A stretch of 64,000 nt of DNA from an uncultured Gallionella sp. (GTDB lineage: Bacteria; Pseudomonadota; Gammaproteobacteria; Burkholderiales; Gallionellaceae). A program made the translations under genes and the position numbers. Under the pieces are notes generated by a model. That model was not told the DNA's origin and did not search any database. It saw only the letters and a list, made by a program, of their open reading frames with translations. The first letter of the stretch is position 1, and every line of letters begins with the position of its first letter. Positions 50,591 to 58,868 of this stretch are shown one piece after another. The stretch lies in contig CAYPIG010000001.1 in NCBI GenBank assembly GCA_964410705.1, positions 25,362 through 89,361 on the forward strand, in the 5' to 3' direction.

Positions 50591-52585
50591 TTAGCCCAGT
50601 TTCGACAGTTGCTGAGTCAAAAATGAACTGGTGGTATTCATGTGCTGTAACATCTTGTCCAGCGCGGTAAACTGCGAGCGATAGCGCGCTTCGGTGCCTA
50701 TCAGGCGTTGTTGCAGCACCGCGGTTCTGGCCGCCACGGCTTTGATCGAGTTGTTGATCTCTGTAGTGCTGGCGCTGAGCGACCCATCGTTAGCCAGTAC
50801 GGAAGTTGCAAAATTCTTCAGCGTATAGGCATAGCCCTGAGTGTAACTGATAGTTCCTCGCGTGCCCAGTGCTCCACCGTTGACCATCACGGATAAACCC
50901 TGTGAGTCGCCCGTTCCAGAAGTGAGCAACTGGCCGCTTCCTGTTGCACCCGCGCCGTTGATGGTGCCTGCGACATCTACCCCGGTCGTAGGTGTGGCTG
51001 TGCCGAAAATATTGGTCCGACCATTGCCACCTGTAACGATAACGCTGGAAGTTGCCCCGTAGCTGTTCGAAGTCACGCTGATCGCACCGCCGACCACGGA
51101 AGCCGAAACCGAGATCCCCGCGCCCGATAAAGCGGTCACGCTGTTGATCTTGGACTGAATTTCGCTGGCCAGTTCCTGAGCCGAGGTATAGGTCTTTGAA
51201 GTCAGGGTTATATTCGCATTCACGCCGTTGATGTTCATGTTCAGCGTGTCGTTTGTGCCGTCTATCGTCAGATTGGGTGCGGCCGTGCCGGTTTCATTGC
51301 CCTGAGTCGCCAGTTGCGTGACCGTCAGGGCGTAGTTGCCAGGTTTAGTGGCGGCGCTGGTCGAGTTGTAGGTCACAAGACTGTCGGAGGCGGTGCCTGT
51401 CGCGGCGAACAGCCCAGCGATGCCGCTATAGTTGTTCTGCATCGCGGTGGCGAGCTTTGCGCTGTCTACCGCCAGGGTGCCATCTTTCTGGAAAGACACG
51501 CCTATCTGTGTCAGGCTCGTCAACGATCCTGTGCCTGGTGTATTTAAAATGCTGCGCAGACTCGATTGCAAATTGCGCACGGTGGCATCCCCCTGCAAGA
51601 TGGCGCCTTTTTTGTTGGTCGCATCGTAGGAAGAAAGGTCTTTCAGGGTCTTGTTCAGTGAATTGAAGGAGGTCACGAAATCGTTGACCGATTTGGTGAC
51701 CGATGCAGTGTCCTGTGCCACGTTCAGTGTGATCGGAGTGGTGGTGACTTTGCTTAAAGACAGCGTAACTCCCGGGATGACATCAGATATGCTGTTGGAA
51801 TTCTTGGTAACCGAGATGCCGTTGACTTTCAGGCTGGCGCTGAGCGCGCTGACTGATTCGGTCAGATTCTGCCCTGCAGGCCCTGCCGTGGGGTCATTCG
51901 CCAGCAAGGCTGCAACGCTTGCATCCCCGGTGGCGGAAATCTTCATGCTGTTGGCCGCCCCCATGTTTGCAGAGCTTAAAACCAGACGGTAGGGGGTTGC
52001 GCTGCCATCGTTGATGATGCTGGCAGTCACGCCGATATTGGCGGCGTTGATCGCATCTCTCATGCCCTGCAAGCTGTTGTTGGTGCTGTCTATGGTGACG
52101 GTCTTGATGCCATTGCCACCCGAGACAAAGGTGGCGCCCGCCGCATATTTGCCGTTGGTCGCCGTGCCGGTGATGGTGCCGAAATCGAAGGACAGCGTGG
52201 TAGACGCGCCTGTGCCTATCGCGGTGGCAACGCCGGTCTGTCCTGCGGCAACCAGTTTTTGCGCCTGTGCCAGATTGCTAACTTCGATCGAGTAGCTGCC
52301 GGGTACGGCGCTGGTCAGCGCGCTGGCCGACAATATCGTGCCGTCAGAAGGGGTGGCAGTCACGGCCTGAAAGCTGCTGGCGCGGCTCAGATTAGAAACG
52401 CTGGTCTGAAAGCTCGCCATCGCGCCCTGTATGGTGCCAAAGGCGGTCAGCTTGGCCTGATAGCTGGCAGTCTTGGTCGCAAGTTTGGTGATCGGGATCT
52501 GTTCTGCCGTCATCAGCTGAGTGACCAGCGCGTTGACATCCAGTCCGCTGGTGCTCGTTGCCGAAGTTGCGCTCGTCGTTGCCAT
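50591..52585 (-). CDS. fliD: Filament cap protein FliD
   Basis: GLDVNALVTQLM, NLAQAQK, NSISDVIPGVT, YRSQFTALD. Confidence 0.96.
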   Translation of the reverse strand: MATTSATSATSTSGLDVNALVTQLMTAEQIPITKLATKTASYQAKLTAFGTIQGAMASFQTSVSNLSRASSFQAVTATPSDGTILSASALTSAVPGSYSIEVSNLAQAQKLVAAGQTGVATAIGTGASTTLSFDFGTITGTATNGKYAAGATFVSGGNGIKTVTIDSTNNSLQGMRDAINAANIGVTASIINDGSATPYRLVLSSANMGAANSMKISATGDASVAALLANDPTAGPAGQNLTESVSALSASLKVNGISVTKNSNSISDVIPGVTLSLSKVTTTPITLNVAQDTASVTKSVNDFVTSFNSLNKTLKDLSSYDATNKKGAILQGDATVRNLQSSLRSILNTPGTGSLTSLTQIGVSFQKDGTLAVDSAKLATAMQNNYSGIAGLFAATGTASDSLVTYNSTSAATKPGNYALTVTQLATQGNETGTAAPNLTIDGTNDTLNMNINGVNANITLTSKTYTSAQELASEIQSKINSVTALSGAGISVSASVVGGAISVTSNSYGATSSVIVTGGNGRTNIFGTATPTTGVDVAGTINGAGATGSGQLLTSGTGDSQGLSVMVNGGALGTRGTISYTQGYAYTLKNFATSVLANDGSLSASTTEINNSIKAVAARTAVLQQRLIGTEARYRSQFTALDKMLQHMNTTSSFLTQQLSKLG

Positions 52586-52595
52586 GATGATACTC

Positions 52596-53012
52596 CTACG
52601 CCTGCTGTTTGATCAGCATGCCTTGCGTGCTTGGTACCTGCGCTTTCGAAATCGATGCCTGCTGCAGCTGTTCCTGCATTAGTCCGATGGCTTTTGAAAT
52701 TGCCAGCATCTGTTCCGAGGGGAACTGGCCGATCACATCCCCCGTGACGGTGTCCATCAGTTTGACCACGGTCTGATGAGTGTCGCTGTCCACGCTGAAT
52801 GCAAGATTCTTGTTGGATACCTGCATCGCCTTGTTGGTGTTTTCCACCGCGTTCTTCAGCTGAACTTCTGTAGGCTTGGGATCAGTTCTGTTTTCGGCAG
52901 CCGGTTTGATTTCAGCCTTGCTCTCGGCGACAGGGGCGCTCGTCGTAGGCTCACTAACCGTTCTGAGCGGCTCATAGCTTGGTGCTGTACTATTGACGTT
53001 CTGGATAAACAT
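52596..53012 (-). CDS. flaG: Flagellar protein FlaG
   Basis: LAFSVD, TGDVIGQFPSEQML, GMLI. ATG53012 follows a purine-rich SD. Confidence 0.92.
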   Translation of the reverse strand: MFIQNVNSTAPSYEPLRTVSEPTTSAPVAESKAEIKPAAENRTDPKPTEVQLKNAVENTNKAMQVSNKNLAFSVDSDTHQTVVKLMDTVTGDVIGQFPSEQMLAISKAIGLMQEQLQQASISKAQVPSTQGMLIKQQA

Positions 53013-53127
53013 TTTTCTCTCCTTTCGTTCCAGAGAATCCGCCAGCATGGGCGCATTGCTCAGAGGGCTAAGGTCAACGGGCATGGCGGGTACTTGTAAT
53101 ACCTGCCATGCCCGCTGGTTAACCTCA

Positions 53128-53151
53128 GCCGGATTCTACAGAGAATCCGGC
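53128..53151 (-). terminator. Hairpin between fliC and flaG (terminator/attenuator-like, no clear U-tract)
   Basis: GCCGGATTCT-ACAG-AGAATCCGGC perfect 10-bp stem. Confidence 0.55.
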
Positions 53152-53173
53152 CAAGGTTGTTTGCTTTTAAGAC

Positions 53174-54622
53174 TTAACGCAACAGGGTCATGACCTGGTT
53201 AGGCAGCTGGTTCGCCTGTGCCAGCATCGCAGTACCGGCCTGCTGCAGGATTTGTGCACGGGACAGCGAAGCGGTCTCTGCGGCAAAGTCTGTATCCTGA
53301 ATCCGGCTGCGCGATGCAGTCAGGTTTTCAGTAGTGGTCTGCAGGCTGGATACCACCGATGAGAAACGGTTCTGGTAAGCACCGAGTGAAGCGCGTGATG
53401 AGTTTACCGTAGCCAGTGCTGCATCGATGGTGGACAGTGCGGAAGACGCACCTGCCGCCGTGGTCAGGTTCAGAGAAGAAAGCCCCGCACCTGCGGTTAC
53501 GGTGGCGGCAGTAGAACCCGCTGCCGCACCTATGATAGCTGCAGTCGCCTGTGTACCACCCAGCGTGATGCCGTTTGCGCTGGTAGAAGACAGGCTGATG
53601 GTACCGCCGGTAGTCGCTGCAGTCGCGCCAGTTGCGCCAGTTGTAGTGACGGCGATGTCGATGTTGCGGCCGTCTGCGGCTGTCAGGGTGTATCCGCCGC
53701 CGGTACCGGCTGCCAGGGTGGCAACTACGCCGGTTTGTGCGCTGACCGCATTGAAGGCGGCGGCAATTTCACTGGCCGAAGTCTGTGCCACAGCGGTTGT
53801 CGTTGCACCTGAAACGGTTACGCCGTTGACGGTCAGGCTGAATGCGCCTGCAACGGTGCCCGCTGTATTGGCCACGGTGGTCGCTCCAACCGATGCGGTC
53901 ACGCCGGACTGGCCGGAAATCGCATTGATCGCATTGGCTTTGGCAATCGCGCTGCCTGTTGCGCCGACTGTGGATACGCCGTCGGCAACGGATGCGCCTA
54001 CGTTAAAACCATTGATGGACAGACCGCCTGCGGTCAGTGCAACGGCGTTAGAGGTAATTGCGACACCTGCAACGGTTGTGCTGTAACCTGAAGCGGAACC
54101 CACGCCCAGCGAGCCGGCTTTCGCACTGGCAATGGAGGCGATGGTGATCTGGTCGTTTGCGGTTGCATTGGCACCAACCTGGAAGGTTTGTGCGCTGAAA
54201 GTGCCGTCGAGCAGTTTCACGCCGTTAAACTGAGAACTGGAAGCTACGCGGTCGATTTCAGTGACCAGAGACGCGGCTTCTGCGTTAAGTGCGGCGCGGT
54301 CGGATGCGCTGTTGGTCGCATTGGATGCCTGTACGGCCAGATCGCGGATACGCTGCAAGTTGGTGCTGATCTGGTTCAAATCGCCTTCGGCCGTCTGAGC
54401 CAGAGAGATACCATCGTTGGCGTTGCGTGCAGCCTGAGTCGAGCCTGAAATTTGAGAAGACATACGGCTGGAAATCGCCATCCCCGCTGCATCATCCTTT
54501 GCACTGTTGATGCGCAGGCCTGAGGACAGGCGCTGCAACGCGGTTTGCTGCGCAGCTTGCGAGGTGTTCAGATTGCGCTGTGCATTCAGGGAGGCTAAGT
54601 TGGTATTGATGAATGAGGGCAT
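53174..54622 (-). CDS. fliC: Flagellin
   Basis: INTNLASLNAQRNL, RLSSGLRINSAKDDAAG, SRIQDTDFAAETA, QAGTAMLAQAN. Confidence 0.98.
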   Translation of the reverse strand: MPSFINTNLASLNAQRNLNTSQAAQQTALQRLSSGLRINSAKDDAAGMAISSRMSSQISGSTQAARNANDGISLAQTAEGDLNQISTNLQRIRDLAVQASNATNSASDRAALNAEAASLVTEIDRVASSSQFNGVKLLDGTFSAQTFQVGANATANDQITIASIASAKAGSLGVGSASGYSTTVAGVAITSNAVALTAGGLSINGFNVGASVADGVSTVGATGSAIAKANAINAISGQSGVTASVGATTVANTAGTVAGAFSLTVNGVTVSGATTTAVAQTSASEIAAAFNAVSAQTGVVATLAAGTGGGYTLTAADGRNIDIAVTTTGATGATAATTGGTISLSSTSANGITLGGTQATAAIIGAAAGSTAATVTAGAGLSSLNLTTAAGASSALSTIDAALATVNSSRASLGAYQNRFSSVVSSLQTTTENLTASRSRIQDTDFAAETASLSRAQILQQAGTAMLAQANQLPNQVMTLLR

Positions 54623-54715
54623 TTTAATTCTCCTTAAGTAGTATCCGGGTTCGGCTATTGCCGTTTACTTTGGTTTGCCTCTTGCTGAAGGCTTAATTAA
54701 CCGCCGTTATTCCAG

Positions 54716-54742
54716 TTATCGGTGCGGGTTAAAAATACTTTA
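54716..54742 (-). promoter_or_regulatory. sigma28 (FliA) promoter of fliC
   Basis: Minus strand TAAA-N15-ACCGATAA (7/8 match to the -10 consensus). Confidence 0.88.
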
Positions 54743-54774
54743 GGGCTATTTTTAAAATTTGTTTGAGAAGACCT

Positions 54775-55124
54775 GTCATTGCTAGGCCCGTAAGAGTTGC
54801 GGCAATCCACCCAGTCATTGCGAGGCCCGACAGGGGCGCGGTAATCCACCCAGTCATTGCGATAACCAGCCACTTGGCAGCTTGCTGCCTTAGTGGATTG
54901 GCTAGTAGTTTCATCAGGCTCGCTAGAGCCGCGGCAATCCAGAAAGCCTTATATTGATCTGGATTGCTTCACCTCTATGGTGGTTCGCAAAGACAAAGGC
55001 CTTCATTTATCTGGATTGCTTCACCGCTAATAGCGGCTCGCAAAGACCAAGGCCTTCATTCAGCTGGATTGCTTTCCGCCACGGAACTTGAATCCTTGCG
55101 GCTAAAGGCCCGGCTCGCAAAGAC
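54775..55124. repeat. Palindromic repeat cluster 1: three forward units (54775, 54814, 54853) and three reverse units (54959, 55011, 55064)
   Basis: Consensus GTC(A/T)TTGCGA-stem-loop-GCAATCCA(G/C), about 36 nt. Confidence 0.92.
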
Positions 55125-55144
55125 GATGCAATCCGCTATGAAAC

Positions 55145-55516
55145 TCAGGCCAATTGAATGATCTGGTTAAGCCTCTCGCACACCTGGATAAAAAAGACAT
55201 CGTCCAGTCTGCGTAGCGGGTGAGAGGTTGCGCCGCGCAATCGCCAGTCAAACGATTTGGGCTGGTGGCACAGAACATAGCTGGTCTTTCCAGTCTTGCG
55301 TCCCGTTGCATTTCCAGCCGCGACAGCGAACGGATTGTCAGCATTGTATTCTGCGGTCGTCATGGGCAATCCGATGACCAGCGAGGTTTTATCATTAAAG
55401 GCGCGCGGGGAAAGCACCAGAAAGGGATGTACATCGCGCATTTCGCATCCGATCTGCGGATTGCAGTCAATCCAGATGACATCCTGTCGATCGGGTGCAC
55501 GGGCGGTTGTTACCAT
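55145..55516 (-). CDS. mazF: PemK/MazF-family toxin
   Basis: VIWIDCNPQIGCE..PFLVLSP..FNDKTSLVIGLPMTT, DQ-like CHQPKSFDW..R. Confidence 0.88.
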   Translation of the reverse strand: MVTTARAPDRQDVIWIDCNPQIGCEMRDVHPFLVLSPRAFNDKTSLVIGLPMTTAEYNADNPFAVAAGNATGRKTGKTSYVLCHQPKSFDWRLRGATSHPLRRLDDVFFIQVCERLNQIIQLA

Positions 55517-55764
55517 TTTTCAGCCCCCAGGCTTTCGGGAGTCTGCATCGCTTCGCCGCCGTGCCGTGCCGGATCAAAAGTCGCCAGACGTTGTTCCAGC
55601 GTTAATGGTATCTCCTGTACCGGCGCTATGGTGATCAGGCCTTCTTCAACCGAAATGCGCACGCGCTGATGTACGTGCAGATGGGCTTCCCGCGCGATGG
55701 CGGCAGGAAGACGAACGCCGAGATTGTTCCCCCATTGTTTGATGTCCAGCATCACTTCCGTCAT
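55510..55764 (-). CDS. mazE: AbrB/MazE-family antitoxin
   Basis: IKQWGNNLGVRLPAAIA, TLEQRL. ATG55764 follows GGAG; the gene overlaps mazF. Confidence 0.88.
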   Translation of the reverse strand: MTEVMLDIKQWGNNLGVRLPAAIAREAHLHVHQRVRISVEEGLITIAPVQEIPLTLEQRLATFDPARHGGEAMQTPESLGAEKW

Positions 55765-55793
55765 GTTCCTACTCCGGCAAATGTCTAAACGGG

Positions 55794-55822
55794 AGTATAA
55801 ACATCGATATCCTATAAAGCAA
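55794..55822 (-). promoter_or_regulatory. sigma70 promoter of mazEF
   Basis: TTGCTT-N17-TATACT on the minus strand. Confidence 0.7.
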
Positions 55823-55833
55823 TAAATAAAGGT

Positions 55834-55981
55834 GTCATTGCGATAACCAGCCACTAGGCAGCTTGCTGCCTTAGTGGATTGGCTAGTAGTTTCATCAGGC
55901 CCGACAGGGCTGTGGCAATCTGGCCCGTCATTTATCTGGATTGCTTCCCGTCACGGATCTTTGATCCTCGCGGCGAAAGAC
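55834..55981. repeat. Palindromic repeat cluster 2: forward unit with 54-bp insert plus a reverse variant unit
   Basis: GTCATTGCGA-insert-GGCCCGACAGGGCTGTGGCAATC ... CTGGATTGCTTCC...GAAAGAC. Confidence 0.9.
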
Positions 55982-55998
55982 CCTGCCATGCTGGGCGA

Positions 55999-56027
55999 TT
56001 GATAAGCATAACCCGTTGGTGTAGTAT
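55999..56027 (+). promoter_or_regulatory. Candidate sigma70 promoter for the DUF1640-like gene (near-leaderless)
   Basis: TTGATA-N17-TAGTAT, ending 9 nt before ATG56037. Confidence 0.5.
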
Positions 56028-56036
56028 TCTGGCACC

Positions 56037-56276
56037 ATGAGCACCATTACTTTCGACACACAAGAACTTGTTAGAGAACTGCGAACCTCCGGTCTACCCC
56101 AAGAACAGGCGGAGGCTGTGGTGCGTACCATCGTCAAGTCTCATGAAGGGCTGGCAACCAAGGCCGACATCGAACGCTTTGAGATAAAGGTCGACGCTCG
56201 CTTTGACAAGTTGAGCTGGATGATGGGCATACTCATTGCCCTGTCTGTCGCAAACTTCGCCAAGCAATATTTTTAA
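56037..56276 (+). CDS. Small DUF1640/CCDC90-like coiled-coil membrane protein
   Basis: FDTQELVRELRTSGLPQEQAEAVV, LATKADI, C-terminal TM helix. Confidence 0.78.
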   Translation: MSTITFDTQELVRELRTSGLPQEQAEAVVRTIVKSHEGLATKADIERFEIKVDARFDKLSWMMGILIALSVANFAKQYF

Positions 56277-56283
56277 GTTCCCG

Positions 56284-56449
56284 CTTTGATCCTCGCGGCT
56301 AAAGGCGTTGTCATTGCGAGGCTCGATAGGGCCGCGGCAATCCAGAAAGTCTTACATTCAGCTGGATTGCTTCACCGCTATAGCGGTTCGCAAAGACAAA
56401 GGCCTTCATTTATCTGGATTGCTTCACCGCAATAGCGGTTCGCAAAGAC
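56284..56449. repeat. Palindromic repeat cluster 3: partial variant, forward unit 56310, reverse units 56362 and 56414
   Basis: Same consensus as cluster 1. Confidence 0.92.
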
Positions 56450-56751
56450 GATGGAGTCGCGCCAACAATGCCGGGGTATAAGTCGTTCCAGTCCCGATTT
56501 ACAGACTCGATCAAATGCAGTTTTTTTGCCCGAGAACCGGCCTTAATCTGCTTTTCGCGCGCAATTGCGGCCTCCATCGTGTCTGACATTTCGAAGTAAA
56601 CCAGCATGTGTACGCCATAACGGCTGGTAAAACCCTGAATCTGGTCGCTCTTATGTTCCCATACCCGCTTGGTCAAATTTGAGGTTACGCCGACGTAAAG
56701 CGTTCCGTTGCGCCTGCTTGCCAGAATATAGACTGCCGGTTGCTTTTCCAT
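56410..56751 (-). CDS. Stand-alone GIY-YIG nuclease family protein
   Basis: AVYILAS...LYVGVTSNLTKRVWEH, LVYFE, AIAREKQIK. GAGGAG SD. Confidence 0.92.
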   Translation of the reverse strand: MEKQPAVYILASRRNGTLYVGVTSNLTKRVWEHKSDQIQGFTSRYGVHMLVYFEMSDTMEAAIAREKQIKAGSRAKKLHLIESVNRDWNDLYPGIVGATPSSLRTAIAVKQSR

Positions 56752-56789
56752 TTCAGTCTCCTCATCAAGGTACGCAAAAGATGCAACGC

Positions 56790-57020
56790 GTCATTGCGAT
56801 AACCAGCCACTTGGCAGCTTGCTGCCTTAGTGGATTGGCTAGTAGTTTCATCAGGCCCGACAGGGCCGCGGCAATCCAGAAAGTCTTATATTTATCTGGA
56901 TTGCTTCCCGCTACGGTTCTTCGATCCTCGCTGTCATTGCGAGGCTCGATAGAGCCGCGGCAATCCAGAAGGCCTTATATTCAGCTGGATTGCTTCACCG
57001 CTATGTCGGTTCGCAAAGAC
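56790..57020. repeat. Palindromic repeat cluster 4: forward unit with insert 56790, reverse variant 56896, forward 56933, reverse 56985
   Basis: Same consensus; the outer ends read CGTC. Confidence 0.92.
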
Positions 57021-57033
57021 GAGTGTTATTTGC

Positions 57034-58836
57034 CTATTTCGCGATGCAGACGCGGTTTTTGCCGGTGGTCTTGGCCTGATACATGGCCTTATCGGCGCGG
57101 GCGATGACTTCCTGTTGCGCCTCGTTTTCACCGAGCTGTGCAACCCCCGCGCTGAAGGTGACTAGCACGCGGTCGTTTTCGTGCAGGAAAAATTGCCGGG
57201 TGAGTTCGCGTTGCAGGCGCTCCACGGTAGCTGCCGCTTCTTCCAGCGCGACATCGGGCAAGATGATGATGAACTCTTCGCCGCCGTAGCGTGCCACCGA
57301 ATCGGAAGGGCGCAGCGCCTCCTTGATGACGTTGCACAGGTGAACCAGCGCCTTGTCGCCGACCTGATGCCCCATGGTATCGTTGAGACGTTTGAAGTTA
57401 TCGATATCGAGCAGGGCGACGCACAGCGGGTTGTGGCTGCGGTCGACGCGTTTTGCCTCGCGGTCGAAGGCCGCATCCAGACCCCGCCTGTTCAGCGCTC
57501 CGGTCAACTGGTCCTGGTGGACCATTTCGCTTACTTCGGACAGCTCCTTTTCCAGCGTGGAGATTCTGGCTTCGGCGATTTCAACCTGATGGCGGGATTC
57601 GAGCAGTTCCTGATGTGAGCGCTGCGCGCTGACCTGTATCACGCGGGTGTCCTGCATGATGTCTTCGAGCAGATGCCCCAGATCATTGAGATTGTTGGTG
57701 CTGGCGATCTTCTGGCTGTAGCCTTCGATTTTCTGGTGGTAGTCGCCTGTGCTCACCGTGATGGTGCCCAGCCGGTCGATGAAAGTCGTCATCAGGTTTT
57801 TGAGGGTCGATTTGGCATCGACCAGACTCTTCTTGAGCAGGCCCTGTTTGATGATTGCTTCGCGCAGGCTGCGTTCGGCATCGGCTATCACCAGTTTGTC
57901 CATCGGTTTGCTGATGATTTCATGCAGCGCATTGATTTGTCCGTGCAGCCATTCTTCGTCCTCGACCATCTCGCCGACATTCTCGACCAGCAGCCGCAGC
58001 AGTCGCACCAGTCCCTCCTGTACCTTGGATTTGTCGCCTGCATGCAGCTCGACCTTGATCCAGAATTGCCGCAGCTGGGAGCCTAGTTCTGCGATCTGTT
58101 CCTGGGTTTTGATCTGGCGCAGCTTTGCGCTGATCGCCTGCGCTTCAGCGGTTAACTCGGGCTGTCCGTTGATCGCGCTCTCCAGCGTCTTTGCCAGCAG
58201 GTCGGCCAGTTTTGCGAGCATTTCATCGTCGGCGGGAGCCGCCGCTTTGAGTGTTTCGGGCAGTTCGGCCTGATCAGAAGCCTTGGCAGGCTCCGAAACT
58301 TTTGCGGGTTCCGAAGCCTGGGCGGGCTCTGAGGCCTCGACCAGACTCTCCGTTGTGGTCGACTCGGACCAGGATTTGATCAGATTGCCGATTTTTTCAA
58401 ACAACACATCGGGGTTGGAGGAAAAACGCGCCAGCACGGTTTCCAGTCCCTCTTTCTTGCGCGAAGTGGTCAGACCCTTGTGAGGCAAGTCGATCTGGCG
58501 CAGCAGGTCGCGGATCAATGCAGACCAGGTCTGTTCAACGGCGCCCGCGACCGGGCGCTTGGGCAGCACCTTTTCGATTTCCTTGAAGCACTGCTCCCAC
58601 TTTTCATCGGACAGCATTTTTTTCAAAGCAAGCCCGGTGCCGGCGGTCTTGTCCGTCTGCAGCAGATGCTCCGCGATATTTTTCAATACTTTCTCGGCGC
58701 CGCTGATCGGAGCTGCCGGACTGCCGTTGATCTCGGTGTAGATTTTCGCGTAGTTGTCCGGCGTGGGCGGGAGCCTGCGCTGTGCCAGCATTTTCAGGGT
58801 TTCACGTGCGATTTCGGACGGATTCTGATTATTCAT
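57034..58836 (-). CDS. Cytoplasmic coiled-coil diguanylate cyclase
   Basis: DQLTGALNRR, DIDNFKRLNDTMGHQVGD, RPSD I-site, ARYGGEEF; no TM segments. Confidence 0.92.
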   Translation of the reverse strand: MNNQNPSEIARETLKMLAQRRLPPTPDNYAKIYTEINGSPAAPISGAEKVLKNIAEHLLQTDKTAGTGLALKKMLSDEKWEQCFKEIEKVLPKRPVAGAVEQTWSALIRDLLRQIDLPHKGLTTSRKKEGLETVLARFSSNPDVLFEKIGNLIKSWSESTTTESLVEASEPAQASEPAKVSEPAKASDQAELPETLKAAAPADDEMLAKLADLLAKTLESAINGQPELTAEAQAISAKLRQIKTQEQIAELGSQLRQFWIKVELHAGDKSKVQEGLVRLLRLLVENVGEMVEDEEWLHGQINALHEIISKPMDKLVIADAERSLREAIIKQGLLKKSLVDAKSTLKNLMTTFIDRLGTITVSTGDYHQKIEGYSQKIASTNNLNDLGHLLEDIMQDTRVIQVSAQRSHQELLESRHQVEIAEARISTLEKELSEVSEMVHQDQLTGALNRRGLDAAFDREAKRVDRSHNPLCVALLDIDNFKRLNDTMGHQVGDKALVHLCNVIKEALRPSDSVARYGGEEFIIILPDVALEEAAATVERLQRELTRQFFLHENDRVLVTFSAGVAQLGENEAQQEVIARADKAMYQAKTTGKNRVCIAK

Positions 58837-58868
58837 GGTTCTATCTTTAGAGTGAGTAGATTATCGGT

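Noticed and set aside
54729-55161. Short ORFs 54729-54914, 54763-54957, 54964-55161 (and 56679-57107)
   Set aside because: They are translations of the palindromic repeats, with no protein-family signal or SD.
54775-57020. CRISPR array
   Set aside because: Repeats occur in both orientations, vary internally, lack regular unique spacers of constant length, and no cas genes are present.
54775-57020. Integron attC cassette array
   Set aside because: No RYYYAAC/GTTRRRY core sites bound the genes and there is no tyrosine integrase in the window; the resemblance is architectural only.
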